A DNA stretch of 64,000 nt from an uncultured Hyphomicrobiaceae bacterium (GTDB taxonomy: Bacteria > Pseudomonadota > Alphaproteobacteria > Rhizobiales > CAMYJA01): positions 211,695 through 275,694 of the forward strand of contig CAMYJA010000007.1 of NCBI GenBank assembly GCA_947258705.1, given 5' to 3'. The notes under the pieces are model-generated. The model was not told the origin of the DNA. It saw only the letters and a list, made by a program, of their open reading frames with translations, and ran no database searches. Positions 32,040 through 42,378 of the stretch are shown here, in pieces (within the stretch, counting starts at the first letter, position 1; each line of letters opens with the position of its first letter). The position numbers and the translations under genes are program-made.

Positions 32040-32183
32040 ATGAGCGTGGATACTTCTGGCGGGCATCCGGAAATGGATTACGAGGAACATGAGCGGACTT
32101 ATCGCGGGTTCGTTCGCATAAGCGTTGTCACCACAGTCCTCATTGTGGCTACACTCGGATTGATGGCACTCTTTCTCGTCTGA
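32040..32183 (+). CDS. aa3-type cytochrome c oxidase subunit IV (47 aa, not in the ORF track)
   Basis: MSVDTSGGHPEMDYEEHERTYRGFVRISVVTTVLIVATLGLMALFLV; MDY.EH..TY.GF motif plus one TM; AAGGAAG RBS. Confidence 0.85.
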   Translation: MSVDTSGGHPEMDYEEHERTYRGFVRISVVTTVLIVATLGLMALFLV

Positions 32184-32390
32184 TCCATACTCTATCGCGG
32201 TCAGCTGATCGCGGGGTTGATTTGCAGCCCTGTCCCGGCCATTTTCGTTCCGGTCCTCCTGATCTGAAACCGTTGACGGAATTTTGCGGGATTATTCGAC
32301 CGGGCGGGATTGTAGACGAATCGTGACTTCACTCGAACCTTGGAAATCAGCTCACGCATATATTCGAATGTGAGCGTTCTGGATAATTTA

Positions 32391-33521
32391 ATGATTAAGA
32401 TCGCCGTATTGGCTGAAGGGGCTGATGAGCCGCGCGTCGCGGCATCTCCTGAAACAGTCAAGAAATTTGCCGGGAAGGCTTGCGAGGTGCGCATCGAGAG
32501 CGGTGCCGGAAACCGTTCGAACTTCACGGATGGGGCATTGACGGAAGCGGGCGCCAAAATCGTCGCATCCGCCGAGGACGCCTTGAAAGACGCCGATATC
32601 CTGCTGGCGGTCCGGCGACCCGACCCGGAAAGAATCTCATCACTGCCTAAGGGCGCCCTGGTCGCGGCAATGTTCGAGCCCTATGACGACAGGGACGGAC
32701 TCATAGGCCTTGCCGAATCCGGCATAACCGGTTTTTCCATGGAATTCATGCCCCGTATCACGCGGGCGCAGTCGATGGATGTGCTGTCATCCCAATCCAA
32801 TCTCGCGGGCTATAAGGCCGTGATCGACGCGGCGGCTCAATTCGGCCGCGCCATGCCGATGATGATGACCGCGGCGGGAACGGTGCCGCCGGCAAAGGCC
32901 TTCATCATGGGCGCGGGCGTCGCCGGTCTCCAGGCCATCGCGACCGCGCGCCGGCTCGGCGCCGTGGTTACCGCGACGGATGTGCGCCCGGCGGCCAAGG
33001 AACAGGTCGAATCCCTGGGAGCCAAATTCATCGCGGTTGAGGACGAGGAATTCAGGCAGGCGGAAACAGCCGCCGGATACGCCAAGGAAATGTCGGACGA
33101 ATACAAAAAGAAACAGGCGGAGCTGGTCGCCAAACACATCGCCGCGCAGAACATGGTTGTCACGACGGCGCTGATACCGGGGCGTCCTGCGCCGGAGCTC
33201 ATTTCGAAGGAAATGGTCGAGGCCATGGCCGAGGGTTCGGTCATCGTCGATATGGCTGTCGAGCGCGGCGGCAATTGCGCGGTATCGAAGCCGGGCGAGG
33301 TTGTCGAGTTTTCCGGCGTCACGGTCATGGGGCGCCTCAATCTCGCGGGCGGGATCCCCGCCAACGCCTCCGCGCTTTACGCCAAGAACCTCTATAATTT
33401 CCTTGAGCTGATGATCGACACGGAGAGCGAAAGCCTCAAAGTCGATTGGGAGGATGAAATTATCCAGGGCACCTTGGTCGCGCGGGACGGGAAACTGGTC
33501 CATCCGTTTTTTGAGAATTAA
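32391..33521 (+). CDS. pntAA: NAD(P) transhydrogenase subunit alpha, part 1
   Basis: PRITRAQSMDVLSSQ, GAGVAGLQA and TTALIPGRPAP motifs. Confidence 0.96.
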   Translation: MIKIAVLAEGADEPRVAASPETVKKFAGKACEVRIESGAGNRSNFTDGALTEAGAKIVASAEDALKDADILLAVRRPDPERISSLPKGALVAAMFEPYDDRDGLIGLAESGITGFSMEFMPRITRAQSMDVLSSQSNLAGYKAVIDAAAQFGRAMPMMMTAAGTVPPAKAFIMGAGVAGLQAIATARRLGAVVTATDVRPAAKEQVESLGAKFIAVEDEEFRQAETAAGYAKEMSDEYKKKQAELVAKHIAAQNMVVTTALIPGRPAPELISKEMVEAMAEGSVIVDMAVERGGNCAVSKPGEVVEFSGVTVMGRLNLAGGIPANASALYAKNLYNFLELMIDTESESLKVDWEDEIIQGTLVARDGKLVHPFFEN

Positions 33522-33537
33522 TGGGAGGCATGAGTTT

Positions 33538-33951
33538 ATGACGCATCTCGGATCAAGACTTCTATCGGCTGCGCTTGCCGTCATTTGCATTCTGCCGGTT
33601 TCGACCGGCCTGGCGCTGGCTGCGGGCGGGACCGGCGGCGATGTCGATCCCTTCGTTTACAGATTTTCGATATTCGTTATCGCGATCTTTGTCGGTTATT
33701 TCGTCGTCTGGAGCGTGACTCCGGCACTGCATACGCCGCTGATGTCCGTTACCAACGCCATCTCCTCGGTGATCGTCGTTGGCGCGCTTTTAGCCGTTGG
33801 CGTCCAGGCCACGGGCTTCATCGACGCCGCCGGCAGCAATGCCGCGAGAATTTTCGGATTTATCGCCCTCGTCATGGCCGCCGTGAATATTTTTGGCGGA
33901 TTTCTCGTCACGCAACGCATGCTCGCCATGTACAAGAAGAAGGACCGCTAG
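33538..33951 (+). CDS. pntAB: NAD(P) transhydrogenase subunit alpha, part 2
   Basis: VTPALHTPLMSVTNAISS and NIFGGFLVTQRML motifs. Confidence 0.96.
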   Translation: MTHLGSRLLSAALAVICILPVSTGLALAAGGTGGDVDPFVYRFSIFVIAIFVGYFVVWSVTPALHTPLMSVTNAISSVIVVGALLAVGVQATGFIDAAGSNAARIFGFIALVMAAVNIFGGFLVTQRMLAMYKKKDR

Positions 33952-33985
33952 CGCGCCCTGGCGTAGTTTGCGGATTTAAACACGA

Positions 33986-35386
33986 ATGTCGGCCAATATT
34001 GTCGCTCTCCTTTATCTCGTTTCGGGTGTCCTGTTCATTCTGGCGCTCAGGGGACTGAGTTCGCCCGAATCGTCGCGCCGTGGCAATCTTTACGGCATGG
34101 CCGGCATGGCCATCGCCATTTTGACGACCCTCGCCGTTGCCGCGCCCGACGATCCGACGGACTGGGCACTCATTCTCGGCGGTCTCGCGCTGGGCGGCGG
34201 ACTGGGCGCCTATATCGCCCGGCGTATCCCCATGACGGCGATGCCGCAGCTTGTCGCGGCATTTCACAGTCTTGTCGGTCTCGCCGCCGTATTCGTCGCC
34301 GCCGCCGCGCTTTATTCGCCGGAGGCGTTCGATCTGGGTTCACCGGGTTCCATTGCCGTTGCCAGTCTCGTGGAAATGTCGCTCGGCACCGCCATTGGCG
34401 CCATTACATTCACCGGCTCGGTGATCGCCTTTCTCAAGCTCGATGGCCGCATGTCCGGCGCACCCATCATCCTGCCCATGCGTCATGTCATCAATCTCGC
34501 ACTGGCCGTGTTGCTGGTCGTGCTCGTCGCCATGTTTTCCGTTGAGCAGACGAAAACGCTTTTTTGGGCGATCGCCGCCGTGTCGTTTCTCCTCGGTATT
34601 CTGATCATCATACCCATTGGCGGCGCCGACATGCCGGTTGTGGTTTCCATGCTCAATTCATATTCGGGCTGGGCGGCTGCCGGGATCGGCTTTACGCTCG
34701 GCAATGTGGCGCTCATTATCACCGGCGCCCTGGTCGGCTCCTCGGGCGCCATTCTTTCCTACATCATGTGCAAGGGCATGAACCGTTCCTTCATCTCGGT
34801 GATCCTGGGCGGCTTTGGCGGTGAAACGGTCGCGGCCGGCGGTGGCGACGGCGAACCGCCCAAGCCGGTCAAGCTGGGATCGGCCGAAGATGCGGCCTTC
34901 CTCATGAAAAACGCTTCAAAAGTCATCATCGTGCCCGGTTACGGCATGGCCGTGGCGCAGGCCCAGCATGCGCTTCGGGAAATGGCGGACCAGCTCAAGG
35001 AGGCCGGGGTCGAGGTGGCGTACGCCATTCATCCGGTCGCCGGGCGGATGCCGGGTCACATGAACGTTCTACTGGCCGAAGCCAATGTGCCTTATGACGA
35101 GGTGTTCGAGCTCGAGGACATCAACAATGATTTTGCCCAGGCCGATGTCGTCTATGTCATCGGTGCCAACGACGTGACCAATCCCGCGGCGGAAGACGAT
35201 CCTTCCTCGCCCATTTACGGCATGCCTGTCTTGCAGGTCTGGAAAGCCGCCACCGTCATGTTCAACAAGCGCTCGCTCGCCTCCGGTTACGCCGGCATCG
35301 ACAATCCGCTCTTTTACCGGGACAACACGATGATGATCCTGGGCGACGCCAAAAAGATGACCGAAGATATCGTCAAGGCGTTCTGA
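33986..35386 (+). CDS. pntB: NAD(P) transhydrogenase subunit beta
   Basis: MPQLVAAFHS, IGGADMPVV, PGYGMAVAQAQH and HPVAGRMPGHMN motifs. Confidence 0.97.
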   Translation: MSANIVALLYLVSGVLFILALRGLSSPESSRRGNLYGMAGMAIAILTTLAVAAPDDPTDWALILGGLALGGGLGAYIARRIPMTAMPQLVAAFHSLVGLAAVFVAAAALYSPEAFDLGSPGSIAVASLVEMSLGTAIGAITFTGSVIAFLKLDGRMSGAPIILPMRHVINLALAVLLVVLVAMFSVEQTKTLFWAIAAVSFLLGILIIIPIGGADMPVVVSMLNSYSGWAAAGIGFTLGNVALIITGALVGSSGAILSYIMCKGMNRSFISVILGGFGGETVAAGGGDGEPPKPVKLGSAEDAAFLMKNASKVIIVPGYGMAVAQAQHALREMADQLKEAGVEVAYAIHPVAGRMPGHMNVLLAEANVPYDEVFELEDINNDFAQADVVYVIGANDVTNPAAEDDPSSPIYGMPVLQVWKAATVMFNKRSLASGYAGIDNPLFYRDNTMMILGDAKKMTEDIVKAF

Positions 35387-35404
35387 TCGGTTCATAATAG
35401 GGCG

Positions 35405-36214
35405 ATGAGTTTTTCCCTGATCAAAATCGGCCTCGCCTTTGGCGCGCTGTATCTTATGCTTCTGCTCGGGCTCTTTTTCGGGCAAAAAAGACTGGTCTAT
35501 ATTCCCGACCGCACACGGATCGCACCTGAGGCGGTTGGTCTTGAGAATGTGGATGAGGTGGTGTTCCGTCCGGATGGCGCTGTCCGCCTTCTGGCCTGGT
35601 ATGCAAAACCCCGCCCCGGCCGGCCGACTATCCTCTATTTCCACGGCAACGCCGGCAATCTGGCCGGACGCACCGACCGCATACGGGTTTTTAAAAATGC
35701 GGGTTACGGCATTATTGTCATGTCCTACCGGGGCTATAGCGGCGGCACGGGCTCGCCCTCCGAGGCGGCGAATATTAGCGACGGCCTGCATGTCTATGAC
35801 TGGCTCGTCTCGAACGGCACCGCTGCAGGCGATGTCGTGCTTTATGGAGAATCGCTTGGCTCCGGCGTTGCGACGCAGGTCGCTGTGCAGCGGCATATTG
35901 CCGGTTTGATACTTGACGCTCCCTTTTCAAGTCTTGTGGAAGTCGCGCAACGTGCCTATCCCTTTGTTCCCGTGGGCCCCTTTCTCAAAGAGCGTTATCA
36001 GTCCGACGGTTTTATTGATCTTATCGATGTGCCGCTTTTGATCCTGCATGGCGCCCGCGACCAGGTCATTCCCGTCGAGTTCGGGCAATCGCTCTTCGAG
36101 ACAGCGAAACAGCCGAAGAAAATTGTTGTTTTTCCAAAGGGCAATCATTCCGATCTCTTTGAGCATGGCGCCTTCGACCGGATCAGGGATTTTCTCGAGA
36201 CGCTTCCCCGATAA
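35405..36214 (+). CDS. Alpha/beta hydrolase
   Basis: FHGNAGN, GESLG nucleophile elbow, HGARD and late His motifs. Confidence 0.92.
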   Translation: MSFSLIKIGLAFGALYLMLLLGLFFGQKRLVYIPDRTRIAPEAVGLENVDEVVFRPDGAVRLLAWYAKPRPGRPTILYFHGNAGNLAGRTDRIRVFKNAGYGIIVMSYRGYSGGTGSPSEAANISDGLHVYDWLVSNGTAAGDVVLYGESLGSGVATQVAVQRHIAGLILDAPFSSLVEVAQRAYPFVPVGPFLKERYQSDGFIDLIDVPLLILHGARDQVIPVEFGQSLFETAKQPKKIVVFPKGNHSDLFEHGAFDRIRDFLETLPR

Positions 36215-36386
36215 GTCGCCGTCGGCCGCCCGTCCTGCCCGATTTATGTTCTGTGGAAAGGCTGCGCGCGCCTGCTTTTCCATGGTGATTCGCGTGTTAT
36301 CAGCGAGATTGAACGATTTGGGCCTGCTCCTGGCGGCACAGGCTCATGTCCGGGTGTTCAACGCAGTCGCCAAATGAGATTTCGCG

Positions 36387-37307
36387 ATGGAAAAACTCCT
36401 CGATTTGAACGTTTTAAAAGCGGAAGCGGTCAATCTGTACGATATCGGTATTGAATACGGGCTGACGATCGGGACGGCGCTCCTCCTTCTCATTGCGGGT
36501 TTTTGGGCCGCCAAATTCGTGTCCCATGCCGTGCGCTACCGGCTCGAGAATATCAGGGACATGGACCCGACCCTGATCCCCATGATGGCTCAGATCACGC
36601 GTTACGCCATTCTTACCTTCACCCTGATCCTGGTGCTCGCGGAGTTCGGCGTGCAGACCGCCAGCATTATCACGGTCATTGGCGCGGCGGGTCTTGCCAT
36701 CGGTCTGGCGTTGCAGGGCACGCTGCAAAATGTCGCCGCCGGCATAATGCTTCTGGTCGTCCGTCCGATCCGTGTCGGCGATTATGTCGAGGTCGCCGGA
36801 GCCGGCGGCACGGTTATGGAGATCGGTCTCTTCATGACGCGGATGAAGACGCCGCAAGGTCTTTACATCTCGGTTCCCAATTCGAAGATTTTTTCCGACA
36901 CCATTGTCAATTACTCGATGAACGCTCAGCGCCGGATCGACCTTGTCGTCGGCATCTCATATGAAGACGATATCGACAAGGCCGTCGGGGTGCTCACCGG
37001 CCTCGTTCAGGCGGACGAGCGCATACTCGAAAGCCCGGAGCCCAAGGTCATCGTGACCGCGCTCGGGGAAAGCTCGGTCGATCTCGAGATCAGGGCATGG
37101 ACGGACCGCCCACAATATGCGGACACGCGGTTCGATCTTATGCGGTCGGTGAAATATGCGCTGGATGAAAAGGGCATATCGATACCCTATCCGCACCGGC
37201 AGATCATTTTGTCCGGCGGCGGTGCGCAGATCGAGCAGGTGATCGGCTGCGATGTCGAGGACGGGATGCCGGACGACATCTATCACAGCCATACGCTCCT
37301 GCGCTGA
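36387..37307 (+). CDS. Small-conductance mechanosensitive channel (MscS)
   Basis: GAAGLAIGLALQGTL.N, RPIRVGD and IPYP motifs. Confidence 0.93.
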   Translation: MEKLLDLNVLKAEAVNLYDIGIEYGLTIGTALLLLIAGFWAAKFVSHAVRYRLENIRDMDPTLIPMMAQITRYAILTFTLILVLAEFGVQTASIITVIGAAGLAIGLALQGTLQNVAAGIMLLVVRPIRVGDYVEVAGAGGTVMEIGLFMTRMKTPQGLYISVPNSKIFSDTIVNYSMNAQRRIDLVVGISYEDDIDKAVGVLTGLVQADERILESPEPKVIVTALGESSVDLEIRAWTDRPQYADTRFDLMRSVKYALDEKGISIPYPHRQIILSGGGAQIEQVIGCDVEDGMPDDIYHSHTLLR

Positions 37308-37598
37308 GATCTTCTTGGCTCACGGCCTATTCCGCATGTTTCACATACGGGGCCTCCGGCAGGGCGGCACTAAGTGCCGATACAGACTAATAAGGTTGTA
37401 TAAAACTCTACCGACATGTTTATGCGGCTCTGTCGCTTTAGGTTGATAGGCGAGGTTTGCAGTTATCATTTTCTTATTTTCGTCTTTTCGCATGTTCCTA
37501 CCCTCCACAGTCATCCCGGCGTCCTGTCGGAGACGGGCAGACAAATAAGGACGGGGCCTAGACATCCTTAGGTTGGGTAATCGGTTGCCGAGATTTTA

Positions 37599-38726
37599 TC
37601 AACTCTCTTTCTTGAGCTCCGAATTGTGAGCGCCGAGGGCCGGCGCGCCCTTGGGCTCCTGATCGTCCGTGCGGAATTCGGGCGCGAGCGGCAGGGGCAG
37701 GGCCGGGATGGTCGCACCGTCCGCGCCTGCAATTTGCCCTTTGAAAAGCCCGCGCGCCTCGAACTGCGGATCGTCCCTTACCTCGTCCATGCGCCGCACC
37801 ACATTGCAGCAGCAATCGGTCGTGGCGAAGCGGATCTCCCATTCATCGGATGGCCGGCCTGCGAGACGTTCCGCCACCGCCTCGATGGTCGCCTCCGGAT
37901 CGACGCTGTCGTCGCGCAGTGCGGGGTCTAGGCCGATCAATTCGCAAAAAGCCTCCCAGAATTTCTGCTCGATCGCCGCCACGGCGATGAGGCGCCCGTT
38001 CGCGGCCCGGTAAAGCCGGTAGCGCGGCGTCGCGCCGGTCAGTAGATGATCGCCGTTTTCAACGCCCGCACCGCGCCCCACGGCCTCGGCAAAGGCCCAG
38101 CAGGCAAAGGGCAGATGCGCCTCGCTCATCGCAATATCGAGATGGATGCCCTCGCCCGTCTGTTGGCGCCGCATCAGGGCCAATAGAATATTCATAACCG
38201 CCGGATAGCTGCCGCCGCCGACATCGCCGATGAGGCCGGGCGGGACGGTCGGCCGGTCGTCAGGCCCCGTGCTCACCGACAACAGGCCCGATCTGGCGAT
38301 AAAATTGAGATCATGCCCGGCGCGTTCGCGGTCGGGGCCGGTCTGTCCATGGGCGGTCAGCGAGCAATAAATAAGACGCGGGTTGATTTTTCTGAGTATG
38401 TCATAGCCGAGCCCCAGGCGGTCCATGACGCCGGGGCGGAATTGCTCCACAAGGATATCGGAACGCTCGATCAGGGGCTTTAAAACCGCTATCGCCCCGG
38501 GTGATTTCAAATCGAGCTCGATGCTTTTCTTGCCCCGGTTGAGGAGGGCGAAACCAAGGCTTTCCCCGGACCGTTTCGGCTCGTAATGGCGCATGTCCTC
38601 GCCTCTGCCGGGGCGCTCGATTTTCACGACTTCCGCGCCCGCTTCCGCCAGCATCAGCGTCGCCAGCGGTCCCGGGACCAGGGTGCTCAGGTCGAGTACG
38701 AAGACGCCGTCGAGTGGCGCTGACAT
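37599..38726 (-). CDS. CaiB/BaiF family CoA-transferase
   Basis: DLSTLVPGP, NRGKKSI.LDLK, EQFRPGVMDRLGLGY and GHD motifs. Confidence 0.93.
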   Translation of the reverse strand: MSAPLDGVFVLDLSTLVPGPLATLMLAEAGAEVVKIERPGRGEDMRHYEPKRSGESLGFALLNRGKKSIELDLKSPGAIAVLKPLIERSDILVEQFRPGVMDRLGLGYDILRKINPRLIYCSLTAHGQTGPDRERAGHDLNFIARSGLLSVSTGPDDRPTVPPGLIGDVGGGSYPAVMNILLALMRRQQTGEGIHLDIAMSEAHLPFACWAFAEAVGRGAGVENGDHLLTGATPRYRLYRAANGRLIAVAAIEQKFWEAFCELIGLDPALRDDSVDPEATIEAVAERLAGRPSDEWEIRFATTDCCCNVVRRMDEVRDDPQFEARGLFKGQIAGADGATIPALPLPLAPEFRTDDQEPKGAPALGAHNSELKKES

Positions 38727-38923
38727 GAAATTATCCCTTTTCATTTCTATATGCAGTCATTATGGAGGCAAGCTTTACGCATCCTGTCCTTGTGCGCCTT
38801 GTCTTTATGCACGTTGTCGCGATGATTTGCCATTCTTCTTGGCTGGTTTTACGGCTTGTCATCCATCACCGCCGGCGCCAAAATCAGCTGCGCCACATCC
38901 GAAACGGCCCTTTAGGAAAACGA

Positions 38924-39340
38924 ATGATGAAATCCGGTTACATGCCAACACCACAATTCGCGGCCTTGTTTGCGCTGCTTGCCGCACTATTTCCCGCCAT
39001 GGCCGGGATTTCGCCCCTTTGGGCCGGCGAGGCGGATGTCGTCGATGTCAAGGTCTCGAAGCAGGGCGCGGGCAGCTATAATTTCTCGGTCACGCTCAAG
39101 CATGCGGACACGGGCTGGAAGCATTACGCCAACCGCTGGGAAGTGCTTTCGCCCGACAAGAAAGTGCTTGCAACGCGCACCCTGCACCATCCCCATGTCG
39201 AGGAGCAGCCTTTCACCCGGTCGCTTTCCAGCGTGCGGATTCCCGACGGAATCAGCCAGGTCATCCTCCGCGCCAATGACAGCGTTCACGGCACGGGAGG
39301 TCGCGAGATGGCCGTGGATCTGCCGGGCAGGGCTAAATAA
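38924..39340 (+). CDS. Conserved exported hypothetical protein
   Basis: Signal peptide; HADTGWKHYANRWEV and LHHPHVEEQPFTRS motifs. Confidence 0.8.
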   Translation: MMKSGYMPTPQFAALFALLAALFPAMAGISPLWAGEADVVDVKVSKQGAGSYNFSVTLKHADTGWKHYANRWEVLSPDKKVLATRTLHHPHVEEQPFTRSLSSVRIPDGISQVILRANDSVHGTGGREMAVDLPGRAK

Positions 39341-39479
39341 AAACCCTCCCGAAGGCCTGCCCGATTTTACGCACGCATCATTGTTGCGCCCGCAAAATTG
39401 GACGAACGCGGTCTGAGCCGATATACAATCATCCCTTCCAAGTCACACACATCTCCCGGAAACATTTGAGAAAGATCCC

Positions 39480-40352
39480 ATGCGCGTTTCAGCATTTTAT
39501 TTGACTGCCCTGACCATGGTTTTCGCCATGGCTCTTGGCTCTTCCCTTGTCCCGTCCATAACACCCGCGGCTGCCGCGGGCAAAAGGCCGGGCGCTCTTC
39601 CCGATCTGCGCGTCGCCAAGGGCAGGAACCATATCGCCGAGGCATGGCTGGCCGATCCGACCACGCGCTACCGCCATTATGTGCTCGGTTCGCGTTACGA
39701 GGCGGGATCGCTCGTCGCGCGGCTCAGGGACGGCCGGACCCTGAAACTCGTCCTGCCGAGAAGTTCCGTCTTTGAAGACCGTCAGCCGCGTCTTGCCGAT
39801 GTCACGGGCGATGGACTGGACGAAATCGTGCTGGTGCATACATATGTCAACCGCGGCGCCGCACTGGCTATTGTCGGTGTCGTCGGCGAGGAACTCAGAA
39901 TCATTGCCGAAACGCCGCCCACCGGATCGCCCAATACATGGCTCAACCCGGCCGGTATCGCGGATTTCGATGGCGACGGCCGGGCGGATATCGCCTATGT
40001 CCAGATGCCGCATGTGCTCGGGCGGCTAAGGCTTTGGACCATGCGAAAGGGAAAGCTGGTTCAGATCACCTCCATCGCGAACGCGTCGAACCATGTCGGG
40101 GGCTCGCGCAAGCTCGGCCTCTCAGCGGTTGCAGATTTTAACGGCGACGGGGTGGCCGATCTCGCGGTTCCATCCCTCGACCGAAGGACGCTTCGTTTCA
40201 TCAGCTTCAAGGGTGGTGCGCGCGAGTTGCGGCGCGTGCGTCTGCCGGCCCGTGCGGTCTCGGATTTTTCCCTGAAGGTCGAGAACGGCAATCCGGTTGT
40301 TGTCGTCGGCCTTGGCGGCGGCCGAAAACATAAGGTCCGTTACAAGAAGTAA
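39480..40352 (+). CDS. Exported FG-GAP/VCBS-repeat protein
   Basis: Signal peptide; three AD(V/F)xGDGxxD repeats. Confidence 0.85.
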   Translation: MRVSAFYLTALTMVFAMALGSSLVPSITPAAAAGKRPGALPDLRVAKGRNHIAEAWLADPTTRYRHYVLGSRYEAGSLVARLRDGRTLKLVLPRSSVFEDRQPRLADVTGDGLDEIVLVHTYVNRGAALAIVGVVGEELRIIAETPPTGSPNTWLNPAGIADFDGDGRADIAYVQMPHVLGRLRLWTMRKGKLVQITSIANASNHVGGSRKLGLSAVADFNGDGVADLAVPSLDRRTLRFISFKGGARELRRVRLPARAVSDFSLKVENGNPVVVVGLGGGRKHKVRYKK

Positions 40353-40361
40353 GGCACGGAT

Positions 40362-41618
40362 TTACATCCCCAGAATTTTCCGCATCGCCTTGAGGAAGCG
40401 GGCCACTTCCTGCGCCGTATTGTAATGGCAGAGCGACACCCTCACGCAGTCGTCGAGTTCGAGCGGCCCTAGGACGTTGCCGGAATACATGTCGTTTTTA
40501 CGCACATGCACCCTGATGCCCTCTTCGCCGAGTGCCGCGACCATTTCGGCGGCCGGGATCGTCTTATGGCTGAAGGACAGCATTCCCTGACGCAGCGGAT
40601 TGTCTATCCCGCCGATGACCTCGACCGAATTCATCTCGGCCAGGCCCGGCTCGCCGTCAACGCCCAGGCGCATGGCATCCATCAGGGCCGTTTCCTGGAC
40701 ATGAATGGCCTCGCCCGCCGCCTCGATCCTTTCCCTGAGATCGGTCGAGGGGGTGAATTTTCCCCCCAGCCAATTGAAATAATCGACCACCTCGGAAAAT
40801 GTCGCATAGGCCCCGGCATCGCGCGTGCCAAGTTCCCATTGATCGGGTGAGGCGCCAATAAGCTGATCATGAGGCAGCGCACTCAATCGGTCGGACACCC
40901 AGGCAATGCCGTATCCATGGCGGGAGAAGACCTTGTAGGGTGATATTGCATAGCCGTCCACGCCATAGGCATCGATATTCATGGCCCCGTGGGCCGCATG
41001 TTGGATGCCGTCGACGATGATGTAGCAATCGGGCGCAATCGAGCGAATGTAACCGGCGATTTCCGCCACATCCACGACCATGCCGGTGACGGGGCTGGCA
41101 TGAATGATCGTCGCCAGCCGGGTGTTCTCGTTTACATGTCCCTCATAATCCCGGGCGGTTACCGTGCCTGTTTGCGAATTGTGCGGTGCCCGGACATATT
41201 CGCGTCCGGTTATTCCTGCCCACCGGTCACAGGCGCCGACCGAGGCGGGGTGTTCGAGCGTGCTGCCCACTACGCCGCCTCCCGCGGGTGCGCCCAGCAG
41301 TGCGGCACTGATCATACGGAACAGGACTTCAGTGCCGGTCTCGCCGACAAATACGGTCCCTGTTGTCGCGCCGAATAGCGCCCTGATATCGCTTTTTCCC
41401 TTCGCGATCATGTCCGAAAGCGCGTGTGACGCTGGATTGTCGCGGCCCTGATTGTCCGGCATCGCGGCGAGCTCCGCCGAGCGTTCGACGACGGATTTCA
41501 GCGTCAGGGCGCCGCCCGCGTTTTCAAAAAATATGCGCGGCCCCTGATACGGGCAGGCATCGACATGGCAAAACCGCTCGCGGATTTCCTCCAGAAGCGC
41601 CTCGTTGATCTCACGCAT
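40362..41618 (-). CDS. Class V aminotransferase / cysteine desulfurase-like protein
   Basis: FENAGG, EHPAS, VDGIQH, SPYK (PLP lysine) and RVSLCHYN motifs. Confidence 0.88.
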   Translation of the reverse strand: MREINEALLEEIRERFCHVDACPYQGPRIFFENAGGALTLKSVVERSAELAAMPDNQGRDNPASHALSDMIAKGKSDIRALFGATTGTVFVGETGTEVLFRMISAALLGAPAGGGVVGSTLEHPASVGACDRWAGITGREYVRAPHNSQTGTVTARDYEGHVNENTRLATIIHASPVTGMVVDVAEIAGYIRSIAPDCYIIVDGIQHAAHGAMNIDAYGVDGYAISPYKVFSRHGYGIAWVSDRLSALPHDQLIGASPDQWELGTRDAGAYATFSEVVDYFNWLGGKFTPSTDLRERIEAAGEAIHVQETALMDAMRLGVDGEPGLAEMNSVEVIGGIDNPLRQGMLSFSHKTIPAAEMVAALGEEGIRVHVRKNDMYSGNVLGPLELDDCVRVSLCHYNTAQEVARFLKAMRKILGM

Positions 41619-41796
41619 TCAAGTTTCCTCACGGATTTATCTGTGCCCGTCCAGGCAGAGATGTTCTTTTGTCCAGGGATCTGTATTTTGACCAGGACAC
41701 CTGTATAAAGAGTGCGGCTTGCCGATAATTGCCAATATATGTGTTTATAATTATACGCGACTTGCAAGAAGAAACAGGAACCGAGGAGGAACAGCC

Positions 41797-42114
41797 ATGG
41801 CGAATTTCATGCTGGCCTATCATAAGAGCGAAAATTCCAAGCCCCCCGAGAGCCCCGAGGCGGGTGCCGAGCATATGAACAAATGGAATGCCTGGGTCGA
41901 AGGCCTGGGCGAAATCATGGTCAATCCCGGCACGCCCCTGGGCATGTCCAGGACCGTCAGTTCGGATGGCGTCGCGGATGATGGCGGAGCGAATCCCCTG
42001 ATGGGATTTTCCGTCGTTGAAGCCGACAGCATGGAGGCTGCTCTCGAAATAGCCAAATCCTGCCCGTTTCTAGAAATGGGCACCATCGAAGTCGCCGAAA
42101 TGAAGCAGATGTAA
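41797..42114 (+). CDS. YciI-like protein
   Basis: GFSVVEADSMEAALEIAKSCP and IEV motifs; GAGGAGG RBS. Confidence 0.85.
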   Translation: MANFMLAYHKSENSKPPESPEAGAEHMNKWNAWVEGLGEIMVNPGTPLGMSRTVSSDGVADDGGANPLMGFSVVEADSMEAALEIAKSCPFLEMGTIEVAEMKQM

Positions 42115-42227
42115 GCGCGCATATGCGACTTGCCTGAGCCTGCACAATCCATTGCTCCTGCAGAGTCCACCGCAATGAGACGGGTGAGGATGATTGCGGG
42201 CTGATCCGGTGCGGCACAATGGTGCCC

Positions 42228-42283
42228 CTCTCCTCTCTCCTCTCTCCTCTCTCCTCTCTCCTCTCTCCTCTCTCCTTTCTCCT
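42228..42283. repeat. Heptamer tandem repeat (CTCTCCT)x7 plus one imperfect unit
   Basis: Read directly from the sequence; pure pyrimidine tract upstream of fba. Confidence 0.95.
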
Positions 42284-42378
42284 CTCCCGCGCATTGGCGC
42301 TTGAAAAAGCTGCGAGATTAATTACACAGGGAACCGAATTTTCTGAATTTGCGTGATGGGAAGGAAACCTCGTTAACT

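Noticed and set aside
37431-37454. Possible inverted palindrome-family unit (TGTCGC-TTT-AGGTTG-ATA-GGCGAG)
   Set aside because: It is too degenerate to tell from chance without a profile score.
42070-42294. ORF encoding ERREERG repeats
   Set aside because: It is simply the translation of the heptamer tandem repeat.
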